DNA of 63,958 nucleotides, the filler included, from an uncultured bacterium (lineage in GTDB: Bacteria; CAYJOG01): assembly GCA_964371695.1 (NCBI GenBank). It is 15 parts of 15 records of this genome, joined end to end, with 100 filler letters (N's around TTAATTAATTAA, not from the genome) between each part and the next. Parts side by side here need not be neighbours in the genome. Positions count along the whole stretch, not along the records: positions 1 to 4,277 come from CAYJOG010000304.1; positions 4,378 to 8,646 come from CAYJOG010000305.1; positions 8,747 to 13,013 come from CAYJOG010000306.1; 12 more parts are not named here. One strand, given 5' to 3'. Below are positions 1-9,295 of this stretch, one piece after another. The notes beneath the pieces are model-generated. The model worked only from the letters and a program-made list of their open reading frames with translations. It was not told the origin of the DNA and did no database searches. Made by a program: the position numbers and the translations under genes. The first letter of the stretch is position 1, and every line of letters starts with the position of its first letter.

Positions 1-220
1 CCACCAATGGTGTACCAGTTGTTCCACCAGGGGCATCGCTGGGTAGCCACGTGCGGTGAGGATAAGCGCTGAAAGCATCTAAGCACGAAACCCTTCCCAA
101 GATTAACTCTCCCATCCTTTATGGAGTAAGGCTCGTGGTAGACGACCACGTTGATAGGCCGGGGGTATAAGCGCGGTAACGCGTTCAGCTGACCGGTACT
201 AATCAGCCGAGGACTTAACA
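1..220 (+). rRNA. rrl: 23S rRNA, 3' end (partial)
   Basis: Conserved 23S 3' motifs GATAAGCGCTGAAAGCATCTAAGCACGAAAC, GTTGATAGG and GGTACTAATCAGCCGAGGACTTAAC. Confidence 0.97.
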
Positions 221-523
221 TCTTCCCTTTTTTGGTTGGAGGCAAACCTGCTTGGTTTGTCTTCTCATCCCCTCAGTTTTGCTGTCTGGTAAACCAGATG
301 GTTTTTCAGGCACAATGCTATGCGGCCGTCAGGGGCCTGCCCGGCCCCGGTCAAATTGTTCTGCCCGTTTTTTGGGCGGGGCGGATTTGATCAATATTCT
401 TTTGGGCGCCGCCACTATTGTGGGCATTTTTGCCTGCGGTTGTGTTGGCCTCAAGGGGGTATAAAGGAGTAGCGGCGGTGTCTTAACCGCCGCACCACAG
501 AACCTTGACAGCGTGCGTATCTT

Positions 524-641
<118 letters not shown>

Positions 642-661
642 TAAGGCACACACGCGTCAAA

Positions 662-699
662 CAACAAAAAACCCGCCCAACGAGGCGGGTTTTTTGTTG
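662..699. terminator. Bidirectional intrinsic terminator after 5S rRNA
   Basis: CAACAAAAAACCCGCC-caacga-GGCGGGTTTTTTGTTG hairpin with A and T tracts; lies between the rRNA and the convergent cassette. Confidence 0.9.
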
Positions 700-744
700 C
701 CTTCTTTTCGGGGGGTGGTCAAGGGGAAGATTACTCACATCTGG

Positions 745-1521
745 TCAACTCATGGAGATTCCCTGAAGATATTTGGTGATTCTGTCGTGGTTTACCGGAA
801 GGGTTGAATATTGTTTTTCACAAACGTCACTGAAGCGGGCCAAGACTTTTCTATTTATAGACTCTTGATCCTCAAAGACTGCCATAGAGCGAAACGGAAT
901 CCCCCACCGCTCAAATTGCAAAAGGGCGATGGTCGCATCTCTCGTTTTCTCATCGCTTGGCAATCCATAGATGAAAATAGGGCGTACCATTCCATTGATT
1001 CTGCAATCAACAGTGTACATTCCTTGAGGGTCATGTTTGGGGTCGTGCCAGTCAAATGTGAGTCGATTTTTAGGAAGGATTGTATGCAGCATGCCTCGAA
1101 AGTCTTCAAGAAATGTAGATCGAACTCTATCTCTTGAAATGTAGGACACATCTGAAATCTTTATGAGTGCCTGGATGAACGAGTAAAGCGCATCACCATA
1201 GCGGTTGTCTTGGATCGCGAGCACAAGCTCACCATCTCGATCATCAATCTTGAATGTGGATAAGGCGTTTGAGATGATTTTCTGACGCGTACCTTTTTGG
1301 AGATCCTTCTCGTCAATGTCATAGGTGAGATGCATATACGTGTGCGCTTCATCCGAGAGCACCCACTGCGCGCCTTCCCGCTTCAGGACGATTGCCAAGT
1401 GATCTCCATCTTCGAATAAAAAAGGCGTCAATACGCGAAAACGATCCATGCCTTCAGAAGCTAATCGAATTTTTGCGGAAATCTTTTCGTGGAATTGTTG
1501 TTCAATGGTCTCAATGGACAT
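745..1521 (-). CDS. DUF1828/DUF1829-domain protein
   Basis: 258 aa; TPFLFEDGDHLAIVL..WVLSDEAHT N-terminus typical of DUF1828; C-terminal YTVDCRING region resembles DUF1829; visibly AT-richer than flanking genes. Confidence 0.8.
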   Translation of the reverse strand: MSIETIEQQFHEKISAKIRLASEGMDRFRVLTPFLFEDGDHLAIVLKREGAQWVLSDEAHTYMHLTYDIDEKDLQKGTRQKIISNALSTFKIDDRDGELVLAIQDNRYGDALYSFIQALIKISDVSYISRDRVRSTFLEDFRGMLHTILPKNRLTFDWHDPKHDPQGMYTVDCRINGMVRPIFIYGLPSDEKTRDATIALLQFERWGIPFRSMAVFEDQESINRKVLARFSDVCEKQYSTLPVNHDRITKYLQGISMS

Positions 1522-1524
1522 AAC

Positions 1525-2007
1525 TTATATCTCCTCGAAGAGGCCAGGGTGAGTGGTTGTAGGTGTAATGAGGTGTGCGTCCGCGATTAGGCAATTAAGG
1601 GCCTCGCTAAGATTACTGTATCTGTCAGTTGGTTCGGCATAGGCGTCTTCCCTTGTCCCTAAATCTTGATAACGTTCCGTGGCGATATGAATATGAAAAT
1701 CGTAAAATGTCACTTGCTCGATATGATTCGTGTGTTAGTGGCTTTTGCCATTGTAGCGGCGCAGGCGGAATAACTGAGTTGAATCTTTAGGGCGATACGC
1801 CAGAATGACAGAAAAATCCAATGAATTAAAAACATTCTCGCGCAAAATAATCCGAAACACATTGCCATGGGAGCCAGTGACTTCTATCTCGCGTTCCTTG
1901 TGCCCTCGTTTGGGTCGAAGCTGGATTTGTGCTCGCCACTCTGCACCAAGAGGTTTTCCCTCCAAAAGTAAGTTAGCTATGTCTTTGTCGGAATATTTTG
2001 CAGCCAT
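1525..2007 (-). pseudogene. DUF6978-like protein interrupted by one in-frame TAA (1735-1737)
   Basis: ORFs 1735..2007 and 1525..1713 share a frame; read-through gives RRYNGKSH*HTNHIEQVTFYDFHIH; GGAG RBS before ATG 2007; ends 3 nt before the DUF1828 start. Confidence 0.7.
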
Positions 2008-2128
2008 CTTTCTACTCCAAAACCCTTCGTGCCTTTAGCGGTTCTTTCACCTTTAACAAGATGATGGATGGTAGCTGTTCATCCGAATTAAGTGTAGCAG
2101 GGATGGGTTGGCAGGTGCCGATCAGGCA

Positions 2129-3838
2129 TTATTTTGGCACTGGCAAAATCAGGTGGCTGGCCTGGGGGCCGCCCAGAAAAAAGGTGGTGTGGGCCACCTT
2201 GGCGTCGGGGGCGGGATGGGGGGCGTAGACGTAGTCCGCCAGTTTGGCGCGGTCGATTTTTTCCAGTTCGCCCGCCGCCACGTTGTTGATTTTGCCGTTG
2301 TGGTGGTTGAGGTCGAAGCGCGGATAGTTGCTGCCGCTGATGACCGCCCGCAGCCGGTGGCCCTTGTTCAGGATCAGGCTGGTGTGCCACAGGTCCACGG
2401 TGATTTCCGTGACCTCGCCGGGTGTTACCGGTGTGCGCCAGCGGTCGCTTTTGCGGGCGCTCGCCCGCGCAATGCCGTCGGTGATGAGCACCGAGCGGCC
2501 GTCGGGATAAACGTCGGTCAGGCGCACGGCCACGTCGGTGTCGGTCACGTCGGTTTTGATGAACACTTTGGCCCGCACGGGGCCGGTGATTTCCAGCGGT
2601 TTTTCCAGCACCGGCGTGCTGAACACCAGCACGTCCGCGCGGGTTTCGAGGGGCCGCAGGTCCACCGGCTCGCGCTCTTCGGCGTGTTCGCGGCTGCCCA
2701 GTGTGGGCACGGGGTTGGCCGGGTCGTCGGTGATGGTCTTGGCCGCCGCAGCGTCGGCGCTGGGGCTGAGGCTGAGCGCGCCGCTGGCTTGCAGGTAATA
2801 GGGCGTAGGGGTGTGGGGCACGGGCCAGTCGGGGGCGTTGCGCCACACGTTGCCGGGGGCCTTGGGGTCGGTTACGTCGCCCATCACGTAATAACGCACC
2901 GCAGGCGCGCTGGCGAAACCCTTGTTCTTGCCCTCCAGGCATTCCTCAAACCACGCCATGATTTTGAAAGGGTCGTATTTGGCGCTGGCGGGATATTTCA
3001 GAATGCCCATGTTGGTGCCCCGCAGGCCCAGAAACCCGCCGTGGGTCCAGGGGCCGATGACGAGCTTTTGTTTGCCCCGTGCGCCGGGGCCGCCTTGGGT
3101 CTGCATGCCCTTGAAGGCGTTGAGGTTGCCGGGCAGATAAAGGTCATACCACCCCGCCATGTGCATGACGGGAATGTTCACCTTTTCGTAATCGGGGGTG
3201 ATGTCCATGGCCTCCCAGATGTCGGCGTAATTGGGCTGCGAGAGAATCAGGTGCATGTTGTGCAGCGGAAACCCCTGGCCGATGACCCAGCCAAAAAACA
3301 GCCCCCGGCGCACCGCCCCACCCTGATAGGCGATGGTGTGATACAGGCTCTCCGGCGCGGCCATCACGTTCTGGCACACCAGATGCGGCGAGGCGGCGGG
3401 CTGGTTTTTGTGCATGATGTATTGCGTGATGCCCATGGCCGAGATGCCCGCCGTGGCCACCTTGCCGTTGCTCCAGGGCTGGGCCGCCAGCCACTCCACG
3501 GTTTCATAACCATCGGCGGGGTCATCCAGAAAAACGCTGGAGACACCCTCGCTGCCGTGGCGGCCCCGCTGATCCTGCACCACCAGGGCCATCTTTTTGC
3601 TCTGGAAAAATGGCAGAAACGGCGCGGCCATGCCCTCGCGGCCATAGGGGGTGCGAATGAGCACGGCGCTGATTTTTTCGCCGGTCTTGAGGTTGGGCAT
3701 GTGCAGGTCCGTGGCCAGCTTCACGCCGTCGCGCAGGGGCAGCATCACGGTCTGTTTTTGCAGGGCGTGGGCCGGGGCGGCGCACAACAAAAGCGCCAGA
3801 AGGGTGACGGAAAATGAGGGGAATCGAAAAGAGGGCAT
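2129..3838 (-). CDS. Secreted CocE/NonD (peptidase S15-like) hydrolase
   Basis: Signal peptide; LRDGVKLATD, RTPYG, GISAMG nucleophile elbow, GWYD, GPWTHG; the longer ORF to 4036 runs into repeats. Confidence 0.9.
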   Translation of the reverse strand: MPSFRFPSFSVTLLALLLCAAPAHALQKQTVMLPLRDGVKLATDLHMPNLKTGEKISAVLIRTPYGREGMAAPFLPFFQSKKMALVVQDQRGRHGSEGVSSVFLDDPADGYETVEWLAAQPWSNGKVATAGISAMGITQYIMHKNQPAASPHLVCQNVMAAPESLYHTIAYQGGAVRRGLFFGWVIGQGFPLHNMHLILSQPNYADIWEAMDITPDYEKVNIPVMHMAGWYDLYLPGNLNAFKGMQTQGGPGARGKQKLVIGPWTHGGFLGLRGTNMGILKYPASAKYDPFKIMAWFEECLEGKNKGFASAPAVRYYVMGDVTDPKAPGNVWRNAPDWPVPHTPTPYYLQASGALSLSPSADAAAAKTITDDPANPVPTLGSREHAEEREPVDLRPLETRADVLVFSTPVLEKPLEITGPVRAKVFIKTDVTDTDVAVRLTDVYPDGRSVLITDGIARASARKSDRWRTPVTPGEVTEITVDLWHTSLILNKGHRLRAVISGSNYPRFDLNHHNGKINNVAAGELEKIDRAKLADYVYAPHPAPDAKVAHTTFFLGGPQASHLILPVPK

Positions 3839-3882
3839 GGCGGCAAGATACACCAAAAAACAAGCCGGAAAGAAGTGGGGGC

Positions 3883-4022
3883 GGTTGGAATCTGGAGACT
3901 GGAGGTGGGAAAAGGTCTCCCTCTTTTTTCCTGGCGTCATTCCCGCGAAAGCGGGAATCCAGTCAAACATAAGAAAAAAGCCAGTTCTGGTGCAGTAGCC
4001 ACGGGCGTCCCCGCCTGTGGCA
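3883..4022 (+). repeat. Composite repeat copy 1: heptamers + ATTCCCGC hairpin + GTAG REP
   Basis: GGTTGGA ATCTGGA GACTGGA GGTGGGA; CGTCATTCCCGCGAAAGCGGGAATCCAG (3935-3962); GTAGCCACGGGCGTCCCCGCCTGTGGC (3995-4021). Confidence 0.85.
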
Positions 4023-4070
4023 AAAAAAACAATCAAGGTTTTTGTTTTCTGCCTTAACCCCTCTCCCCAT

Positions 4071-4225
4071 TAGCAGGGTGTTGAGAAAGTCCCTCCTGGC
4101 CTTTCTCAACCCATTTTGCTCAAGCAAGGCTCTCGCAAAATGGCGCTTTTGCAGGGGTTCCAAAAACCCCTGCAAGCGGTAAAATCCATCCATGGATTTT
4201 CAGGGTGTTTATCAACACCCTGTTA
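4071..4225. mobile_element. MITE family A (CAGGGTGTTGA termini)
   Basis: 18-bp TIRs TAGCAGGGTGTTGAGAAA / TTTATCAACACCCTGTTA with 2 mismatches; interior shared with 30564-30669. Confidence 0.8.
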
Positions 4226-4277
4226 GAGCAAATTCATGTTTGACGTAGACAGGTGGCGGGGCCAGTCCTTGCCCTCT
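4223..4277 (+). mobile_element. MITE family C end (TTAGAGCA... leading into a CCCTCTCCC hairpin), cut by contig end
   Basis: Near-identical to 25977-26034; related to 51785-51860 and the reverse complement of 8751-8823. Confidence 0.7.
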
Positions 4278-4377
4278 NNNNNNNNNNNNNNNNNNNNNNN
4301 NNNNNNNNNNNNNNNNNNNNNTTAATTAATTAANNNNNNNNNNNNNNNNNNNNNNNNNNNNNNNNNNNNNNNNNNNN
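4278..4377. other. Artificial contig linker (also 8647-8746, 13014-13113, 17377-17476, 21738-21837, 26076-26175, 30410-30509, 34716-34815, 39016-39115, 43307-43406, 47585-47684, 51861-51960, 56120-56219, 60378-60477)
   Basis: Identical 100-nt N44-TTAATTAATTAA-N44 blocks with stops in all six frames; contig lengths decrease steadily from about 4270 to 4160. Confidence 0.99.
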
Positions 4378-5099
4378 GCTTTGCCCATCAGGCTGCGGGC
4401 AAAAGCCTCCTGTTTTTCGCTCCAGCGGGGATATTGGCGCAGCAGGGATTCGGCTTTTTCCTGGGCATAGGCGTCGCCCGACTGGGCCACGCGGCTGAGG
4501 CCCTCATATATTTCCTTCAGGCGGATTTCCTTGAGCATGATTTCGTCAGTGTGATGAATGAGGCGCAAAAAAGCCTCGGCGCTGGCCTTGGCGTCTGCCA
4601 GCGCGTTGTGGTGGCCGGTGAGGGAAATCTCCAGTTTCTGACACACGAGGTCCAGCGTATGACGGGAGAGGTCCAACAGCGTGCGCGAGAGGATCATGGT
4701 GTCAAACACGGTGCAGGCCACCGGATAAACCCGCGCAAAAAACCGCAGGTCAAACCACACGTTGTGGCCCACCACCACCTGGCCCGGGGCGATCACGTCA
4801 GGCAGCGCCATCTGGCCAAAGGCTTCTTCAAACCCAGGGGCGTCCGCCACCATGTCATCGGTAATGCCGTGCACAGCGGTGGCGTCTTCAGGAATCGGCC
4901 TGCCCGGATTGACCAATGTGTGCTGCTCGTGGGCGGCGCGACCCTGCTCATAACGCACCACGGCGATGGAGCAGACCTGATCGGTGTTCCAGTCAATGCC
5001 GGTGGTTTCGGTGTCAATGGCAAAAAACACCGGCGGCACGGCGGCGGGGCGGCGGCACTCTGGCAGATAACGGCTGGGTGGGGGAACAGGCTGGGCCAC
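4378..5099 (-). CDS. DEDDh 3'-5' exonuclease (DnaQ-like), 3'-truncated
   Basis: IDTETTG, VHGITD, GHNVWFD, HNALADA motifs. Confidence 0.9.
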
Positions 5100-5172
5100 G
5101 GGAGAATCCTATATCAATGCGTATTCAAAACAGCATGGCGGTGCATGGGTGTCCCATGAGCAGGCGCGGTGT

Positions 5173-5333
5173 CCACTGCTGTTAGGTTTATTTGTAGCCC
5201 CGGCGTCCCGCCGGGAGCAAAAAAACGCCGAAGGCATCACTAACCCGGGTTTTTTCAGGGAAATACAAAGAGAAATGTGAACGGTGTGCGCCTTTGGCGC
5301 AGCTGATACTCCCGGCGGGACGCCGGGGCTACC
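5173..5333. repeat. Inverted pair of GTAG-type REP palindromes (REPIN-like)
   Basis: GTAGCCCCGGCGTCCCGCCGGG ... CCCGGCGGGACGCCGGGGCTAC; same unit near 9000-9047 and 60685-60706. Confidence 0.85.
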
Positions 5334-5372
5334 AGTCACCTGACAGCCATGAGCCAAAGCCTGTGCTGCGAC

Positions 5373-5888
5373 TCAGCCCTCCAGCTTGGGCGGGGCTTCT
5401 TCGCGGCGGCGCAGGGTGCCGCTCAGGCGATACAACACATCCGGCCCGGCGTGCACAGCCTTGAGCATCTGGCGGCGGGTGAGGCGGTCGAGATCCACCT
5501 GAATGTCAATGGGGCTTTGACCCAGCAGCAGGGCGATGTTCTTGGCGCTGCCCACCAGACCCGTGTTGTTGTTGAACAGGTCCAGAATGCGCTCGGCGTG
5601 GCCGTCCTGCTCAAGCCGCGAGCGGCGCACCCGCTGACGCGGAGGGGGCATTTCGGCCATGGGGGCCAGTTGACCCAGCAGGCGCTGGTCATCTTCATCA
5701 AAAAGCAGGCTCATGCTCACGCCCAGGCACCCGGCGATGTTGTAAAGGCTGGGCAAAGAGGGGCTGGTGTGGTTTTTTTCCACCTGGCTGATGTAACTGG
5801 CCGAGTACCCCGCCGCACGGGCCAGGGCGCGGAGGGTCATGTTCCGGTGTTTTCGGATGAGACGGATGCGGGTGCCGATCTCGAACAT
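5373..5888 (-). CDS. XRE-family HTH transcriptional regulator
   Basis: IGTRIRLIRKHRNMTLRALARAAGYSASYISQVEKNHTSPSL; AAGGAGG RBS; the C-terminus looks like a winged helix rather than a cupin. Confidence 0.88.
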   Translation of the reverse strand: MFEIGTRIRLIRKHRNMTLRALARAAGYSASYISQVEKNHTSPSLPSLYNIAGCLGVSMSLLFDEDDQRLLGQLAPMAEMPPPRQRVRRSRLEQDGHAERILDLFNNNTGLVGSAKNIALLLGQSPIDIQVDLDRLTRRQMLKAVHAGPDVLYRLSGTLRRREEAPPKLEG

Positions 5889-6133
5889 GGGATGCCTCCT
5901 TTGGGTGGCCTGTCAAACTTCCTGTCTGACTCAACGGGTTCAGAACATTGTAAAACAAATCCTGAAAAAAAGTTTCAAGTTGCCCGGACAAATAAACGGC
6001 CCCAATGGTTTTATGTCAGACCAAATACCCCGTCTGCCGACAAAACACCACTACCCCGCAACAAAAGCTGTTAACTAAATACAAAAGTCTCTGGGTTTTC
6101 GCCCATTTTTCGAGAGAAGGCGCGACGCCCAAA

Positions 6134-6640
6134 TCAGTAGGTGAAAACGGGTGTGAAATCCCCCAGTTTGCGCTTCACGCGGTCTCGCGCTTCTTCCAGG
6201 TTCTTCTTTTGCGCCGCCAGAATGGCTTTTTCGGCGATGCCCCCCAAAAGGGGCATGTTAATGCTGAGGTTGGATTCGTAGTGGACATTCAACTGACCCG
6301 GCTTCACCTGCTCCACACGAAACCACCCCCCCATTTTGAAAATGTTGGAGAAGAAAAACGGTTTCACGTCATATTCATAGACTTTTTTGGTCAGGTCCCA
6401 AACGCCTGTTTCGGTCCAGGTGAGCATTTTGGGTGTGATCAGCTTGCGCAGGGCGGGCGGAATATCGCCATTGGCGCAGGTGATCACCTTGATATGCAGT
6501 TTGTCGCCCACTTTTTCGCGGCGCACAATGTCCACCTTGGTCACGTCGCGGAAAAGTTCGGTGTCAAACTCGCGCTGCACACTGAAAAGGATGTAGCGAT
6601 CCGCGTCGGATTCGTAAACGTTCAGGCCTTTTTCTTTCAT
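6134..6640 (-). CDS. DUF2505-like (SRPBCC/START fold) protein
   Basis: IPPALRKLI..WTE and INMPLLGGIAEKAI motifs; paralogous to 55516..56019. Confidence 0.65.
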   Translation of the reverse strand: MKEKGLNVYESDADRYILFSVQREFDTELFRDVTKVDIVRREKVGDKLHIKVITCANGDIPPALRKLITPKMLTWTETGVWDLTKKVYEYDVKPFFFSNIFKMGGWFRVEQVKPGQLNVHYESNLSINMPLLGGIAEKAILAAQKKNLEEARDRVKRKLGDFTPVFTY

Positions 6641-6652
6641 GGAGGTGGCATC

Positions 6653-7684
6653 CTAAACGGGTTCGCCGGGGCCAGCAATGGGTTTTGATTCATGGCCATT
6701 ATTTTCCTGGGCTAAGTGCGCCACGGCGTCTCCCTGATGCACCACGGGGTTGGTCGCCAGACCAATGACAATGCCCCCCCGCCTGGCCCGCAGGGTGGCC
6801 CCCACCGCGCCATAGGCGTCCTGCACCTGGGCCACCGGCTGGTGCGGGAACACCCGCTGCGACAGCGAAACCTTCAGGTGCAGAATGCCCCCCCTCGGCG
6901 CCCGCAGCCAGGTGGTGTCGTTCAGGCGATGGCCGGGCGTGGCGGCCCGCTCAGCGTGGTCGGTCATGCCCAGGTGGTCCATCACCCGCAACACACCATG
7001 CACCCCAATGGCAATGGCGTCGTCGTTAAACCGCAGGGCTTCGCCGCCTTCATAAACCAGCACCGGCACGCCCCGTTTGGCCGCCGCGTGGCGCACCGAG
7101 CCGGGAATCAGACCCGAATGCAGCATGATGGGTGCGCCAAAAGCCTGGGCCATGTTTTCCACCACCGGGTTGTGAAAATCACCCCGCGTCTGGGGCAGGT
7201 TCAACCGGTCGCGGGCCGCCGTGTGCAGGTCCAGCCCCACGGTGCTTTTCAGGATGACCTCTTCGGTGAACAGATGCGCCAGCCGCCCCGTGAGGGAGCC
7301 GCGTTTGCTGCCGGGAAAACTGCGGTTCAGGTCTCGCCTGTCGGGCAGATAACGGGTCTGGTTCACAAATCCGAACACGTTCACGATGGGCAGGGCCAGC
7401 ACGCTGCCCCGCAGGTGGCGGGGGTCCAGGGCCTCCAGCACCCGGCGGATGATCTCCACGCCATTGAGTTCATCGCCATGCACCGCGCCGCTCAGCCACA
7501 GGCGCTCACCGGCAAACCGGCCGTTGCTCACGGTCACGGGCAGGGCCTGCTGCGAGCCGGTGGGCAGGCGGCCAAAGGGCAGTTCGATGTGCTGCCGCTT
7601 GCCGGGGGCAATGGTTTTGCCGCCGATTTCCAGAGACGTGTTGCGGGTGAGCGCGGCAAACACTGTCTTTACATTATCCGCCAT
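6653..7684 (-). CDS. Succinylglutamate desuccinylase/aspartoacylase (M14-like) protein
   Basis: GAVHGDELNG, DLNRSFPG, LDLHT, YEGGE. Confidence 0.92.
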   Translation of the reverse strand: MADNVKTVFAALTRNTSLEIGGKTIAPGKRQHIELPFGRLPTGSQQALPVTVSNGRFAGERLWLSGAVHGDELNGVEIIRRVLEALDPRHLRGSVLALPIVNVFGFVNQTRYLPDRRDLNRSFPGSKRGSLTGRLAHLFTEEVILKSTVGLDLHTAARDRLNLPQTRGDFHNPVVENMAQAFGAPIMLHSGLIPGSVRHAAAKRGVPVLVYEGGEALRFNDDAIAIGVHGVLRVMDHLGMTDHAERAATPGHRLNDTTWLRAPRGGILHLKVSLSQRVFPHQPVAQVQDAYGAVGATLRARRGGIVIGLATNPVVHQGDAVAHLAQENNGHESKPIAGPGEPV

Positions 7685-7725
7685 GGGGCAAAGAAGACTG
7701 CGCTGCGGCCTATTTATTGAATCAC

Positions 7726-7754
7726 TTGACTAAGTCTGTTGACCAAATCAACAT
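7726..7754 (+). promoter_or_regulatory. Putative sigma70 promoter with overlapping operator palindrome
   Basis: TTGACT-N17-CAACAT overlapped by TGTTGA-ccaaa-TCAACA (7737-7753), upstream of the hydroxylase pair. Confidence 0.5.
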
Positions 7755-7801
7755 GAGACTCCGTGCAACCGACCCCCTCTTGTCGGCAAAAGGAGGCCCT
7801 C

Positions 7802-8386
7802 ATGTTCAAGTCACTCACCGCTTTTGGCGCGGGCGCGGTCAGTTGGCCCGTCTATGAATATTTCATTCACCGGTTCCTCTTCCACGGCCCCGATGAAGAC
7901 AGCCCAGAGGCAAGCCAGCACATCAACCACCACCGCCACCCCGCCCAATACAACGATTACACCCTTGGCGACGCCTATCAGGAAATCGCCAGTTTCGCCC
8001 CGCAATACAGCGCCGCCATGGTGGCGGGGCTGACACCCTTCACGGGTTTTTCCAGGGCTGCGGCCTATGTGGCCGGTGTGTGGGTGGGCATGGCCCTCTA
8101 TGAAACCGAGCACATCCGCGCCCACAACCAGGGGCCCAAGACAGCCCGCCAGAAACGCCTTGTCAAACACCACCTCGACCATCACTTTCGCCACCCCAAG
8201 GCCAACTTTGGCGTCACCACCACGGTGTTTGACAAAGTTTTTGGCACTTATGAAAGCGCCAGGGGCCTCACCCCCGTGCCCGCCCACATGGCCCCCCGGT
8301 GGCTGAAGGAAAACCCCAGCGCCTGGGCGGCGGATTACAAAATCATCGGTCTTGCTCGGCAGACGAACAAAAAGAAAAGCGCGTGA
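7802..8386 (+). CDS. Fatty acid hydroxylase/sterol desaturase family protein
   Basis: His boxes EYFIHRFLFH, HINHH, EHIRAH, HHLDHHF, plus NFGVTT; AAGGAGG RBS. Confidence 0.88.
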   Translation: MFKSLTAFGAGAVSWPVYEYFIHRFLFHGPDEDSPEASQHINHHRHPAQYNDYTLGDAYQEIASFAPQYSAAMVAGLTPFTGFSRAAAYVAGVWVGMALYETEHIRAHNQGPKTARQKRLVKHHLDHHFRHPKANFGVTTTVFDKVFGTYESARGLTPVPAHMAPRWLKENPSAWAADYKIIGLARQTNKKKSA

Positions 8387-8466
8387 ACCATTGACCCCGC
8401 GCCCTGGCCGCCTCAACATGATTCCAGTCCCAGCCAAACCAACCTGACCTGCCAAAGGAGGATCTC

Positions 8467-8646
8467 ATGCTCAGATCACTGATCGCATTGGGGGCGGGTT
8501 TCGCCAGTTGGCCGGTTTATGAATACGTCCTTCAAAGTATCGTGTACCACGGCCCGGACGAGAACACCACCGGCAAAAGCACTCACGACCGACACCACCG
8601 ATACCCTGCCGAAGCCAACGACTTCACCCTCATCGAGTCATGGCAG
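8467..8646 (+). CDS. Tandem paralog of the fatty acid hydroxylase, 3'-truncated
   Basis: SWPVYEY..HGPDE..HHRYP matches the upstream gene; AAGGAGG RBS. Confidence 0.8.
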
Positions 8647-8750
8647 NNNNNNNNNNNNNNNNNNNNNNNNNNNNNNNNNNNNNNNNNNNNTTAATTAATT
8701 AANNNNNNNNNNNNNNNNNNNNNNNNNNNNNNNNNNNNNNNNNNNNCGGC

Positions 8751-9291
8751 TGCCCTCTCCCTCAGGGAGAGGGCAAGAAAAAAAGCTCTTATTGCGTCCA
8801 CATCTACTCCGAAAATGCTCTAAAAACGCAGGCTGGAAGCCTGCGCTACCACTTTTTTTAAAACACATGAACCAGTAGTTTGCGAGGAATCTTTCCAGAT
8901 GCCCATTGGGGCATCTGGCCGAACGAAGGCGATAGCGACACCGCGCCCATTGCTGTCAGGTTTGTGAGAAAAGTCCAGAATTATCCGGGGTTTTTTGAGG
9001 TAGCCCCGGCGGGACGCCGGGGCTACCAATAAACCTGACAGCAGTGGGGCGGGCGTCCCCGCCCGCCTGAGCGCGAAACGGCCAGGGGCAGCTATGGGCA
9101 ATGAGTCCAGAAAAAAATTTGTTTTTTTGCTTTTGTTTTCATGCCACAGGCGAGACGCCCGTGGCTACTGCGATGTCACCTGGAAATGGCTTTTTGCCCA
9201 TGTTTTAACTGGATTCCCGCTTTCGCGGGAGCGACGGCGGGAACCAATGGGGCCTTTTTCTTTTCCAGCCCCCAACCAACAGCTTCCAACC
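8751..9291. repeat. Dense cluster of palindromic repeats, including composite copy 2 (9142-9291, minus strand)
   Basis: CCCTCTCCCTCAGGGAGAGGG plus MITE C end, GCAGGCTGGAAGCCTGCGCTAC, GTAG/GTGG REPs, CTGGATTCCCGCTTTCGCGGGAGCGACG. Confidence 0.85.
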
Positions 9292-9295
9292 TCTT

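Noticed and set aside
505-523. TTGACA...TATCTT as a 5S promoter
   Set aside because: Spacing is only 7 nt and the -10-like hexamer abuts the mature 5S start
1735-1737. Stop-codon recoding (Sec/Pyl or alternative code) in the DUF6978-like gene
   Set aside because: The codon is TAA, which ends many genes here normally; TGA and TAG are also ordinary stops
2108-3817. Long antisense ORFs (also 9353..10705, 13278..15185, 18504..20381, 52811..54127, 39060..40394)
   Set aside because: Shadow ORFs opposite well-supported genes, expected from high GC3 codon bias
8747-9291. Possible CRISPR array among clustered palindromes
   Set aside because: Units differ in sequence, orientation and spacing; no constant repeat-spacer period; no cas genes in the window
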